DNA from: Octopus sinensis
Taxonomy: Eukaryota
Direction: 5' to 3'
Assembly: GCF_006345805.1 (NCBI RefSeq)
Contig: NC_043000.1
Span: forward strand, 52,328,001-52,392,000
DNA: 64,000 bases
Shown here: piece by piece, positions 24,895 through 38,644 of the stretch
Position numbering within the stretch: the first letter of the stretch is position 1
Layout of the letters: the number at the start of each line of letters is the position of its first letter
Translations under genes and position numbers: made by a program
Notes under the pieces: model-generated
What the model saw: the letters and a program-made list of their open reading frames with translations, nothing else
Databases searched by the model: none
What the model was told of the DNA's origin: nothing

Positions 24895-26950
24895 ATGTTA
24901 AAAAACCTTTTAAAGTGAAAATGACTTAAAAATACGGTGAATATATCGTAAAAGGCCCGTTCGTAACCTCGGTAGGAAATAATCATTTTCCATAGTCTCT
25001 TCGAGTGCATTCAACGTATCTCACCTCCAAAGATTTGGCTGCTATTCTAGTACGCCCTGCTACCAATTGATATATATTTGCGATAAAGGATTCGAAATAG
25101 CTGTTAAGTGGTAGCAGGTCGTTCAATAAATAGCAGCCAATTCTCTCTTTTGTGGGCAAAGGTGCCGTTTATGCGTGATTTCGATGTCACATTCGTTGAA
25201 AGCATGCGAAATACCCAGGAAAACAAAACAAAACACGAAACAAAACTCCGTTTCTGGGATACTCTTAGGAACTCACAACCACCTCCTTTCTTTTCCAGGA
25301 GAAAGTGGCTTGCGGTGGATTCGTAGGTGAGATACGTTGAATGTACAGGAAAAACGTGGAAACATTTATTTCACACCGGAGTAGAGCGGGTCCTTACGAA
25401 ATATTTACCCAATAGAAGGATCGATGATATTTATAAAGCAAGGGCTGAGCGTCTGGTGGAACAGAGGGAAAGAGAGAGAAGCTGGAGAGATCAGGAATCG
25501 ACACTCAGAAAGCTGAGCGTCTGGCGAAGCAGATAAAAAAAGATATTAAAGTAGGCGGTATCATGAATCGTGTGAACACAAACGGAATAAACCAACTTTA
25601 GCGTAAATTGGACCACGTGTTACCGAGATTCACATTTTTTTGTATACCTTTATAAATAGTCGAACCGGAGTATAATGGGGAAATGCTTTGAAAGTAAGGT
25701 AACATTGAAATGTGAACACACACGAAATAACGCGTTGAGCATGCGTGGTTGTGTACGAGCGCTTGCATGCGCGTTATATTCTCAGTTTATGCTTGAATCA
25801 TTCTTCGATGCTTCACTTGATGGTGTGTGTTCATTGCAATACCCAGCTCTCGATATGGCTAGCTAATTTGATACTATTCTTGTTATTCACGAGTTCGATA
25901 AAAGTGACGCAGATTTTGCTTAGTGGAAAGATGTCATATCATTTTTCGATACAGCAGTTGACAGACCTGTTGAACTTCTAGAAATGAAATTTAAATGTAA
26001 GCATCGGGAGATGTTTCGATTGTGGAACTAGAAAACATCTCCCTGTCCGGTTTAAATATAGTCTTACGAACTTTAAGGTTTTCAACGGTGAATTAGTTAC
26101 AACTAAATTAATTGAATTTGCCTCCATAATTTCTTTTTCTCATTCTATTTTTTTTCTTTTCAATGTTTCTGTCTCCGTTTTTCCTGTGTCCATTCTTGTC
26201 CTGTTATGTTCATTTTACTCTTTTCTCGTCCTTTGAAAGAGCAGCCACGTTGTATTTTATGTCTGAAAGATTGCTTGGAAATACAGGGTATGCTATACAG
26301 GCTCTCCCATCCACTGTAACTATTAGATATTAGATAGAATTTAAGACATGTACACATACACAGACACGCACACCTGCCTTTGCTGATGTTTATTTCCGGT
26401 TAGTCGAACTCGATTTATTTCAAAATAGTATATGTAATGCATTTGGTTTTATGTGTAATAACCTCTGTTTAAATCGTCATAGCTGAAAACATTTATTTTC
26501 AGCACAATTCCTTCTTTGCTTGCTTCAATTATAAAACATATCTTAGAATTGCTAGCAGTTGTATCAATCAGTGTACGAGGAAGATATTTCATCAATAACT
26601 TGGGAAAAAATATTGGAGAAATTATTGATACAAAAGCAGATAAATAATGATTTATTTGGAAATTATATGTATTTGTGCTTCATACAAATATCATTTTATA
26701 TACATATTGACAAAACTAAGCATAAGGAGAATCAAAATATGCACACTGGCATATAAGATTATGAACTATACACACGCAATACAAAAATACAGTAACACAA
26801 TCAATTCGCAGATAAAAAATGAATATATATGCACACAGACCTACATCTACGGTTTCAGAAGAGTAAACAATGGACGTTGTCCATATTTATTTAAAATATC
26901 TTATCACATTCAATCTTACGCATGCATAGAAACATATACTTGCGAATGTA

Positions 26951-26997
<47 letters not shown>

Positions 26998-27079
26998 ATA
27001 TAGATGCACACACAGACACACACACATATACTCATATATATATATATATACATATATATATAAATATATATATACAGAG

Positions 27080-27118
<39 letters not shown>

Positions 27119-27479
27119 GATATTAATCTCATAAAGGGATGATTACATCCAAGAAAACACTGCTTCAAAACCAAATATATTTTGGGGAAATAAAATTTCC
27201 CCAAATCAGTAGGTAATTGTATAACACATCATACACCCTACAGCCGTTTCAATTGTCAACTTGTAATCTTTTATTGTATATCGTTTTCTCTAATGGTACT
27301 GTATATCTCTTTTCCCTCATTGTACCTTATAAATGCAAATATAGACCATAAATTTGTAATTTATTCAATAAACGCAATTGAATGAGCTGTAGGAAGTATG
27401 AAACATCATTTCATAATAAATAAAATCAACTTTCAACTCTCCATCTTCAATATTGCTATTAAGCGAATACAGATCATAT

Positions 27480-27541
<62 letters not shown>

Positions 27542-27738
27542 ATATACATACATACATACATACATACATACATACATAGATACGCACATACATTTACCTA
27601 CGCGGAGTAGTAGATAAAACAGGGGACAACTGATGAAGGGAATGTTCGTTATGTTGCCTGTCTCGTTTCTCCATTTGTTTCTTTCGTTGTTCGAAAAAGT
27701 TCGTTTTCTTAGTTTTTGTTTTATGATCTTGTTTCTGT

Positions 27739-27870
<132 letters not shown>

Positions 27871-27919
27871 TATATAAAAAGATATATATGTATATGTTTA
27901 TATATATATATGTATGTAA

Positions 27920-27956
<37 letters not shown>

Positions 27957-28036
27957 CATAATTACAAAATCCAATATTGACCATATATTCAACCTAATAT
28001 CTTGCCGTGTATGTATATGTGCACATGCACATATGC

Positions 28037-28070
<34 letters not shown>

Positions 28071-28865
28071 GAGTGTGTGCATGTGCTATTTGGCTATGCG
28101 TTTATAAATATGCTTACGTAGGGATATCTATATAGCTTTGTATATGGATATATGGGTATGTATACGTACATGAGGGCGTCTGCATATACTATTGTGTTTG
28201 CGTATGTAGGAGTATTGTTAGATTCTCATATATGCATATGGATAAACCGGATGAATTATTTTAAAGTGTGTGTACAAAACATACACATATAAGCCTATAA
28301 GTATATGAGTGTGTTTTAAGGTCGAATGAATGACGATAGTTTAAAACTCACTAGCTCTTTGTCTGACGTTTGGCATGAACGATCTTCAGGACCAGCTTTT
28401 CGCTTATTATATGACAATGTCGGCATGGACGTATAAAAGATATACAACCACACACAGATGGCTATCTATCAACGTAAAATTTACTTTCCCAAATATTTAT
28501 TCTGAAGAGCAGTTCTATTTGGCATATCATTATGTTACTATGCAATTGTATGTGTAGGTATAAGTATGTAAGGCGTTTGTGAAGTATATGCAAATATTTT
28601 GCAATTTAAAATCACCGTCAACGAGATAACTGAATGTAAATTGCTATAAACTAGTAATCACACGGAAATTAACATCTTTTCGCTCACACATTAATATTAT
28701 TGCAGTGTTTTCTGGTTTTTTAGTTACTTAGTAATATTTAGTCCGAATCTTATACTTAATTACTGTGTTAACTAATAAACGATTTCTCTAGAGAGTGCAT
28801 GCTATGAGCTGTATCTGATTCTCCTCATCCTTCATTGTATTTGTATATGTGTGAATATATGAACA

Positions 28866-28981
<116 letters not shown>

Positions 28982-29603
28982 TGTGTATATATATGTGTGT
29001 GTGTATATTATTAGGGATGTTTTATTCCCCTTAGACGTTTATAAATATGGAATATGAGAGTTATAAGATAGGAGATCTGGGAATGTTAGGAATAATTTCT
29101 GAAATTATGATCTACCCAAATCAAAGAGTTGAAAATAATAATATACTTGTCGTTACTTTAAATTTTAACACTTATATATTACGTTACAAATAATAATATA
29201 GTTTTTTGCCGTTACAGTTCCATTATCTGTTCTCACCTCACTTGCTTTCTTTATCAGGATTTTACAGTTTTTCGCATTCTCTATTTATAATCACGCAAGG
29301 AAAATATCTTAATTTCAACAATGTTTATTTGTATCGAATTATCCCTAAATTCTTAACCCATATTGCAAGAATGGAAGCAAGCAATTTGCTTCGGTATATT
29401 TTTAAAATTGATTTACGTTTGTATTCTAATGAATGTGTAGCATAAGATACACATGAGAATTTAAGATGCACTGTGTTATCGGAAACGGACTATGTCATTA
29501 TATATTTGCGTGTGTGTGTAGTTGTCTGTTTAAGTATGCGTATATAATATATACCTGCATATATCAATAAACCGATCGAATATCAAGGTATTTTGCTAGT
29601 ACA

Positions 29604-29681
<78 letters not shown>

Positions 29682-29764
29682 TTATGTATATATATATATA
29701 TACAAGATAACTATATTGGATATACGTTATCCCATAGAGGGTTGCATTTACAACCCCTATCTCA

Positions 29765-29805
<41 letters not shown>

Positions 29806-29855
29806 GTATATATATATATCTGTATATATATATAATCTATATATCTATCTATCTA

Positions 29856-29910
<55 letters not shown>

Positions 29911-30768
29911 ATGTGTATATCTGTGTGTGTACACACTTTTTCTTAGAAATATATATATTTCTCATTAACACAATATTGGAGAGAGAGGAAGACATTTAAC
30001 TCGAATCCAAGAGGGATATAAAATAATTCAACGCGATCATTGTCAGAATCATTCAATATTTTCTGTATTTTGCTATAATTCTTATACTTCATGTCAATAA
30101 TTTAGATATCATCACTACGCTGTTTTTCGTAAACGTTTGCTTAAAAATCTGAAATATAAGTTTATGAGATCTTTCATTTTGAAATACTGTCAAAGAAATG
30201 TGAGTCTTATAGAGTTTTAAAATGGATTTCAATAACATTTCATATTTATATTTGGAATTCTTTATCGGTACATAGCAAATATTATCATTACTAATTGTTC
30301 TTACCTTCACCCTTAATTTTATTTTCTCTTTTATTTGTTTAGTAATTGTATTTTTTTCTCTAAAATTATCGGATCCCTTCTCTTCTCCCTACACGCAAAC
30401 AATATATTTTATCGCTAGTGGATGGAACTCCAATATTTTACAGTTTTAACGATATCTATTAATATTTGCTCCAAGCAAATTCTTTCAGCTTCATTTTTAT
30501 TTGAATCTGTGATGAAAAGGAGAGCTTAGAATAATCTATATTCTCCAAATATCCTTGACCAAGATAAGCTCTATTTTTTAAAAACTGTTTTTGTATAAAC
30601 ATCAAACATCATTGACAAACAAGCAATATATTTCTCCTAAACATCATAGACAAAAACATAATTGGGTTATTTTTGTTCGATATTAAAGATATACGATGTT
30701 TTATAAAATTTCCTCTGGCAACACTGTCATAATTTTCTTTGAGATTGAAATGCCATAATAAAGTTTGT

Positions 30769-30805
<37 letters not shown>

Positions 30806-31539
30806 GTATCTATAGCTTTATGATATTCCAAGCAATCATCGTGTGTTAGGATACGATTTTGCATAGACCTTTTCAATATAGCACACTTGAATGACATTCA
30901 CTGCATTCGTGTAGTGAATTGATAATGTTATACTATAGTTATAAACAGTTCCACGAACAAAAAACAGCGGCACATAAAAAGGGATTTTCAAAGAAATGTT
31001 GTCATAAAACCATTGATCACTTCTGTTGCAAACTCTTTTAAATTCTAGAGCTCTTTTAATAATGTACTTAAAACAAGACTATGAAACTCTTGCTAATGGC
31101 ATGAGTACAATTTCTTTCCACCTCCTTTAATGGTTGGAATTTGCAATTTGATGATCATCTTTAATAAATTATTCCGTTAACTAAAAATTAGGAATGGGTT
31201 ATTGTATTATACTCGTTAAGCAAGGCATTTCATAAGTGGCCGACCAATACTATTGCGACAAGGTAACATGATTTTCCTAAGTTTAACATTTAGTTATTCG
31301 TTTGATTAAATTCTTCATAGATATCTGATATTTAACTATTTAGTATTTTTGCCTCTGCCTTACATGCGTGAAGCGATTATATACATATACAGTAAAAGCA
31401 ATTAAAATTCAAGTGAGTTCTGTTGAATTCACATGAATGCGATACTTAACTTAGATGCACCAGGAATCTATATGGTGTTAACCATAAGATAATGCGGGGT
31501 GATTATAAATAAGAAAAAGGCAACAAGAATGGATCAATA

Positions 31540-31628
31540 TTTCGGTACAATTGTTTCGTACGAAGACAGCTTTATTAAGGCTGCAAATATTGCAGTAAAT
31601 ATAAGTGACCCGTACTCATCAGCCGAAA
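31540..31628 (-). ncRNA. Type I hammerhead ribozyme, intact core
   Basis: Stem I TTTCGG/CCGAAA; CTGATGA; stem II GTACGGG/TTCGTAC; GAAAC; palindromic stem III ACAATTGT; GUA cleavage triplet. Confidence 0.88.
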
Positions 31629-32167
31629 AAAATATCTGAGTCTCCAAACATCTAAGGGGGTGATGTTACACTCCTGAAACATCAGGAATAGTTCTATAAA
31701 AATAAGATTTAGGTAACAAACGGACTTCTAAAAGTTCTTTTAGTGTTGCACAGTCATATAACGGGTTTTAAAAAAGTATTTTAAAAAACCTCTTAGTTTC
31801 CCAGAAAATGAAAATGAAAATGTAAATCCATCCATATCGAAGTAAGTTTGATTTCTGGAGATATGAGGAGAGGTAACATACTCACAGAAGATGCATTTAT
31901 CCATAATTAGTCCATAATAAAATGTGTTTCCTGATGTGTGATGATATACTTGTTACATTTCTGAGAATTTCTCCAAACTGCTATGTTAGAATTAAATCTG
32001 TTGAAGGAAGGTTAGTGAAGCGTAGAGACAATCCCTCACATAGGGTATATTGGGGTAACTGAGACGGGAAGTCCGTTTGTTACCTAAATCTTATTTTTAT
32101 AGAACTATTCCTGATGTTTCAGGAGTGTAACATCACCCCCTTAGATGTTTGGAGAACTCATATGTTT

Positions 32168-32256
32168 TTTTGGCTGATGAGTATGGGTCATTTATATTTA
32201 CTGCAATATTTGCAGCCTTAATAAAGCTGTCTTCGTACGAAACAATTGTACTGAAA
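32168..32256 (+). ncRNA. Type I hammerhead ribozyme (second arm)
   Basis: TTTTGG-CTGATGA-GTATGGG..TTCGTAC-GAAAC-AATT-GTA-CTGAAA; three C-to-T changes leave G-U pairs. Confidence 0.8.
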
Positions 32257-32289
32257 TATTGATCCATTCTTGTTGCTTTTTTCTTACAC

Positions 32290-32341
<52 letters not shown>

Positions 32342-33574
32342 TGTGTGTGTGTGTGTGTGTTGTGTGTGTGTGTGTGTGCATGTAAGCGTGTATGTATATG
32401 TGTGTGTAAGTTGTTATTGACTCTGTATAGGAATCGCTGACAGCCATTATCTTTAACATTTAGCTTAAGGCAATTTGTCAATGATGATCATCCTCGTCTA
32501 CGAATCGACAACTACCTAATATGCATGTCTCTATGCATTTGTGTTTGCCTCTAAGTGGATGTGTTTGTCTGTCTCTGTGCGCGTGTGTGCATTTGTGCAT
32601 TTATGTGTTATGGGCTGTGAAGAGATTTCTTCTTTTACTGCTGAAATTATTTGTATTTTGTGTGCAACTAATCAATTAGTGGTATGCATTATATATAGCT
32701 ACATAGTTGTAAGCACATACATTATACTGCATGTCCTAACCTCCACAAAATACCCAAATCCTGTTAGATAAAGAGAAATATAATGACTACTACTAGAAAT
32801 AGAAATAATATTAGATAAAGTAACATAAAGAAGCCCCTAAATAGCATTTACTAATAATGTGCCTCTTATTTTCAATAAAAATTTTGATTATGAGAATAAC
32901 AGTTGCTGCACAATTATTTTCTACTAAAGCATTTCTTATTGAATTGATTTTGCCATGCCCTTTCATGTTCCAATCTGTATCTGCCAGAATCTTAATAAAG
33001 AAATGAATCAAAGCCACACGTATTTGTAAATTAAGGAATTTAATTCTTATTTCCTAAAAATAAAGTGCTTTGAAAATGATCGAAGTTAAATTGAGATGTT
33101 TTTAGATTTTGTAGAAAATTCCTAGCCATTGCTTTAAGTAAAATTATCTTAAAATATTGCCGTACATCTCAAATATGCTGTCTATGCGACGCTTACAAAT
33201 CAATGATGTTTACAATGTTAACTATTGCTCTCAGGGCAGGAATATCATACCAATCCTAGTTGGCTTCGCATCACATCTCCATGATAGGAACTTTGCCAGT
33301 TTATCCATTCAACTCAGCATCGGAAAAATGTCATTTACTTTGAATTAATCTTAAGCTGCTTCTTGCTTTTGATTATATGCCAAAGTTTTCAGCATATTTA
33401 AGCTACAATTTCTCTGGATTTACTGCGACAATACATTCTCATATATAGTTTACATTTGTCCAGTAGTTTTAATCACAATATGATAATTTTTGCCATTGCA
33501 GAAAATGAATATTCTATTTGGTTATCTGAAGAGGTAGAAATTTATGGGTTTATGAGGCGTGTAAGAAATGACTG

Positions 33575-33960
33575 GTGGAAGCGCAATGGTCCAGTGGTTA
33601 GGGCAGCGTACTCGCGGTCGTAGGATCGCGGTTTCGATTCCCAGACCGGGCGTTGTGAGTGTTTATTGAGCAAAAACACTTAAAGCTTCATGAGGTTCCG
33701 ACAGGGGATGATTATGAACCCTGCTGTACTCTTTCATCACAACTTTCTGTCACTCTTTATTCATGTTTCTGTTGTACGTATATTTCAAAGGATCAGCCTT
33801 GTCACACTCTGTGTCATGCTGAAACTCCCTGAGAACTACATTAAGGATACACGTGTCTGTGGAATGCTCAGCCACTTGCATATTTATTTCATGAGCAGGC
33901 CGTTCCGTTGACCGGGTCAACTGGAACCCTTGTCGTCGCAACCGGCGGAGTGACACAAAG
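33575..33960 (+). mobile_element. SINE family B, tail type 2
   Basis: tRNA-like head tggtccagtggttagg..ggtttcgattccc; body shared with the 16330 copy, different 3' end. Confidence 0.88.
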
Positions 33961-33967
33961 AAATGAC

Positions 33968-34075
33968 TTACTACTACTACTACTACCACCACCACCACCA
34001 CCATCACCACCACCACCACCACCACCACCACTACTACTACTACTACTAATACTACTACTACTACTATTATTACTA
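33968..34075. repeat. (CTA)n(CCA)n trinucleotide repeat
   Basis: Directly visible, immediately 3' of SINE B; explains the poly-V/G/P pseudo-ORFs. Confidence 0.95.
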
Positions 34076-34114
34076 CCGTTGCTGTTGCTGCTTTTACGAC
34101 TAGTGATGATGACA

Positions 34115-34285
34115 ATAATTATAATAATGGTTACAAATTGTGGTACAAGGTCAGCAATTGTAGAACAGGGTGCATCGACCCGAGTGTTCAACTAGTACTT
34201 ATTTTATCGACACCGAAAAGATGAAAAGCAAAGTCGACCTCCGAGGAATTTGAACTCAGAACTTTAAGACAGACGAAATGCTACT
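34115..34285 (-). mobile_element. SINE family C
   Basis: gtacttattttatcgac..gatgaaaagcaaagtcgacctccgaggaatttgaactcagaac is the reverse complement of the 40516 core. Confidence 0.85.
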
Positions 34286-36235
34286 AATAAGACCAAACCT
34301 GAAACAACAACGATGACGACAACAACAACAATAGGAACAATAATAATAGTGATGATGCTTCATAAAATATGAAAAGTGGGTGCTCTTGAACCCAATAGTC
34401 TTCAATATGTCATGATTAAAATGTTCACAAACATGCACATGATATACTGATTGTATGGAAAATGGAACTTCTTATGTGAAGACATGTTTGATGTCACTGC
34501 ATGGTGAATTGCGCACATGTTTCTTTTTATTACTAAAGTCTCAATTCAACCAGAGTGTTGTGAATCAAGTATGGCATAAAATATATTTCTGCAAGGCCAG
34601 CTGAGAATAACCCCTAGAGAGGAATTTACAACGGCCATCTACATAATAGGCATCAACTGGTCTTTGGGAGTGTTTAACGGAATATAATACTTTGCAATCA
34701 TTCGGGTTGTGTCAGTGGTCGGAGTTCAACTCCCTCTATTTCATTGACCAATCATACTAATCGTAAGATGTATCATAAAACCTATTTTGTAACTCTGTCC
34801 TAGCCAGCAGAAAACTATTGCTGGACAGGAGATAAAACTCAGCTACCTTTATGGAACAAACTTGTAACATTAAACAACAACCATCTGAAATTGGTATAAT
34901 AACAGAATAGAAAGTGTAGCGGAGAGTAAATACATTGTGATATACAAAGAGAGAGAAAGAGAGAATTAGCAGTATGATACACAACCTAATGCTACGTTAA
35001 AAGACAAAGTCGTCAACATTTATAAATCGTCTATGTGCGCAATCCATAGCCGTATACAAGCTTATAGCGGGAAGCTGGGAAATGTTTGCAAATCCAGACT
35101 ATTGCATACACAAATGAAAAGAAATTATAGTAATGAAAACGCGTTTGTTTCTATGGTTGTGATCGTCAAGGGAAAAAAGTCTAGAAAACAGCAATTCTTA
35201 CATACATTTACAAGGGAAACAAACAGAACTAAAAATATCCCTGTTAATCCTGTATCCACAATCCAAAGCCAGTAACCGAGTATTTACATACATTCAGTGC
35301 AAAATTGGTTTAAAATAAAGATTCTGATAATCACACTATTATTTCATTTTCGTGTTTCAGAAGGAACTTAGTACTGTGGAATGCAGGAGAATGTTTTAAT
35401 TCTAAGGACACAATCGTTACAGAAGTAAAAACAAGACTATCACAGGGGACGAAATCTTATATTCATGGCCGCTTCATAGTTTCATAAAATAACAATTAAC
35501 CTGACTGAAACGATATAAAACGCCATTGAGAATACTGCGACAACTACTAAATCATATCTGCAAGCGTGAAGCATTAAGAAAAGTGAGCAGTATCGCCATT
35601 TTGTTACTTTGTCATATCTTATAAATATATCATGAACTGACAGTCGATTAACCTCAAAGAGTAAACACACTGATGGCACTCAAGTTAATACGCCACCATG
35701 AACTACTTGGTCAAATATATGACAAAAATACAAATGATATCTGTGCCAATCGGTCCCGTATGAAAATGAAATATTTTATATTTGAGGCCTAGAGAGCAAA
35801 ATAAAAATATCTGTTTATAAAAGTCTCTATCTCCAGAGAGAAATATAAATCGATGCCCATGAATTGAAGACAATTAAAATAAAGAGCCAGCTCTAAGATA
35901 TCCCACAATTATGTCTATTACAGGAGGCACAGATAACATCTGAAGAACAAAGAAGCTTTAATTTATTTCTCGAAATAATAGAATATTAGTTACAGAAACA
36001 AAATGGGAATATCAGAACAAACGGGCAATGTGTGAAAAAATAGTTAACAACAGGAAATAAAAGATATAGTAAAGCTAGTCCCATTCTACTCATGAGAAAT
36101 CCTGTCATGGCAACTATCGTAATTATTCTGTGTTGTATCATAACATCTTTTAAGTTGGGATGAATATTATGGTTTGGTATTAATACTGCTTCTGTCGCCT
36201 TTAATTAAATTTTACATATTAAAGTGTTTAAAATA

Positions 36236-36443
<208 letters not shown>

Positions 36444-36531
36444 TAAACAAACTAGTCAAATCCAAACCAGAAAAATATTATCGTTCAAGTTAGAAATATC
36501 GAGAAGCCCAGCAAACAAATAATGTTTTGTA

Positions 36532-36694
36532 GGCGCAGGAGTGGCTGTGTGGCAAGTAGCTTGCTTACCAACCACATGGTTCTGGGTTCAATCCCACTGC
36601 GTGGCACCTTGGGCAAGTGTCTTCTACTATAGCCTCGGGCTGACCAAAGCCTTGTGAATGGATTTGGTAGACGGAAACTGAAAAAAGCCAGTCG

Positions 36695-36727
<33 letters not shown>

Positions 36728-36950
36728 GTGTGTGTATGTGTGTGTGTTTGTGTGTCTATGTTTGTACCCCCAACATCGCTTGACAACAGATGCTGGTGTA
36801 TTTGCGTCTCCGTAACTAAGCGGATCGGCAAAATAGACCAATAGAATAAGTACTAGGCTTACAAAGAATAACTCCTGGGGTCGATTTGCTCGACTAAAGG
36901 TGGTGCTCCAGCATGGTCACAGTCAAATGACTGAAACAAGTAAAATAGTA
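36532..36950 (+). mobile_element. SINE family A, full length
   Basis: A-box tggctgtgtgg, B-box gggttcaatccc, core accttgggcaagtgtct, central microsatellite, LINE-like tail ggtgctccagcatggtcacag..ctgaaacaag. Confidence 0.92.
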
Positions 36951-37215
36951 TAACTATTTCTAAAGCCATGGAGACTGTCATTCTCTCTCTTTTATTCACA
37001 CCTCATCTCTCGAGCACTCACATTTACTCTCTGATACATACTCACGCATACATACGCACACGTACACACACACAAACACACATATACACACACATACAAA
37101 TATATATGAATTTAAATATTAAACATTTCTGTAAAGTCGGCACATTGCGAGAAGGTACAAATAGACGAGAAATTGAAAACAAAACAAGACAAGTTTGCAA
37201 TTTTAACTTGTATTT

Positions 37216-37248
37216 CTACATTTCGAGTTGAAGACCTCTTCTTCAGGC
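37216..37248 (-). ncRNA. Degenerate minimal hammerhead
   Basis: Reverse complement CTGAAGA-A-GAG(gtcttcaa)CTC-GAAA-TGTA; probably GAAACGTA before CpG decay; stem I weak. Confidence 0.45.
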
Positions 37249-37640
37249 CATTCGAAAAAGCGGAAGTTGGAAAACGTTTGTTACTCAGAAGTGTATTCGA
37301 GGTGGAAAGGGACGGGGGAGGAAGAAGGATGGTGGCATGAGTGGACGGTTGTGGCTAACGCGACCAATCAGCTTCGGATACTTCCATCCTACTGTCATTG
37401 GTGCTTTCTTGAAGTTCACGGATTGACACTTCTTGATGTGTTTCTTTATCAGAGTAGTAACTAAACCAACAAGAAAACTCAATCATCACATCAAAGTTAC
37501 TGTTTCGTGTTACTATTAGTTTAACCTCAGGCAGATATTGCGCGAGTTGGTTATTGGTGCGACGCTGCACCCTTTATGTACAATATATATTGCTAGCAGA
37601 GGGAGCGAACTCCAACCATTCTCTAGCAGACAACAGGATT

Positions 37641-37685
37641 GCGAGACCGACTCAGTTTCAAGCTAATTGGACCTTCCTCAGTCGC
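37641..37685 (-). ncRNA. Minimal type I hammerhead ribozyme
   Basis: Reverse complement GCGA-CTGAGGA-AGGT(ccaatta)GCTT-GAAAC-TGAGTCG-GTC-TCGC: 4-bp stem I, near-palindromic stem III, GUC site. Confidence 0.78.
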
Positions 37686-38047
37686 GAGCACCTAAAAGCA
37701 ATTTTATAGGCATCACTAAAGTGACACATGGTACTAGGCGGTACCAGCATTGCTATAAACGAGAGTCAACAGAACTTAATAGCTACAATTGCACTTAATG
37801 ACTGGCAACGGAGCTACGTTCCTCAGAGGACATAGCCAGATCACCGTTGATTTCGAATTTTTATGCAGAGCATCTGAATTCTCATCTCTGTCTCTTAATG
37901 TGTGCTTGGAGGTGGTTTGGTGTATATATATATATATATATAAAAGTAAATAAATGATACAACGAACTATCGATATTTACTGGAAAATAGCGAACGTAAT
38001 AAATACGACACTAATGTATGGCTTCACTCTAGTATTGCATTACTATT

Positions 38048-38090
<43 letters not shown>

Positions 38091-38323
38091 TTTCATTTTT
38101 TACTTTCTTTTTAGCCTTTTTCCTTGTTTGCCCGTTTCGATACGAGCCCTTATCATCTTTTCCAAGTAAAGGATAACATATTTGACTGATTTCATCGATC
38201 TCAAAAATGTAAAGAAACATGTACGCACGCACACGCATTCATACACTCATACACGCACCCACAAACATGCATATGTATGCACATGCATAGGTGTATATAG
38301 ATATGCATGCGTATGTATGTGTA

Positions 38324-38407
<84 letters not shown>

Positions 38408-38598
38408 GGTTATGAAATGTAATGGTGTCAAGAAGACCCAAGTGCTATGGACAGACTATAGTTACGCTCCAGTTTCGGTGATTAAGCCAATGAGGAGTTC
38501 AACGTAGGTCCTATATCAGCATGCACATATATACAAAATTAACAGAATGAGATATTAAATCCAAAGCTGGGAAAGATTTCCGAAGATTTATAAAGAGT

Positions 38599-38644
38599 TC
38601 TTACAGCTGTTTCCGGGATATATTATATATCCCTTCATCAGAGG
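38599..38644 (-). ncRNA. Minimal type I hammerhead ribozyme in a probable PLE pLTR
   Basis: Reverse complement CT-CTGATGA-A-GGGATATA(taa)TATATCCC-G-GAAAC-AGCT-GTA-AG: 8-bp stem II, palindromic ACAGCTGT, only 2-bp stem I. Confidence 0.72.

Larger units (their letters stand above)
31510..32286. mobile_element. Inverted repeat, arms about 219 bp and spacer about 340 bp (PLE inverted pLTR pair)
   Basis: 31510-31728 is highly similar to the reverse complement of 32068-32286; each arm holds a hammerhead; right end abuts a microsatellite. Confidence 0.88.

Noticed and set aside
24983-25360. Inverted similarity between 24983-25066 and 25109-25360
   Set aside because: Short, interrupted and most simply two decayed copies of a dispersed repeat
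27620-27735. CTGATGAAGGG..TTCGAAA repeat fragment
   Set aside because: Stems I and III cannot be paired convincingly
30050-31330. Possible decayed PLE RT on the minus strand next to the hammerhead inverted repeat
   Set aside because: Only faint motifs (GRPL..); much more decayed than the arms, so linkage is unsupported
33575-33650. tRNA gene
   Set aside because: The A/B boxes belong to a SINE head that continues into a repeated body; not called as a functional tRNA
33750-34195. Poly-Val/Gly/Pro/Leu ORFs
   Set aside because: Products of the (CTA)n(CCA)n repeat between two SINEs
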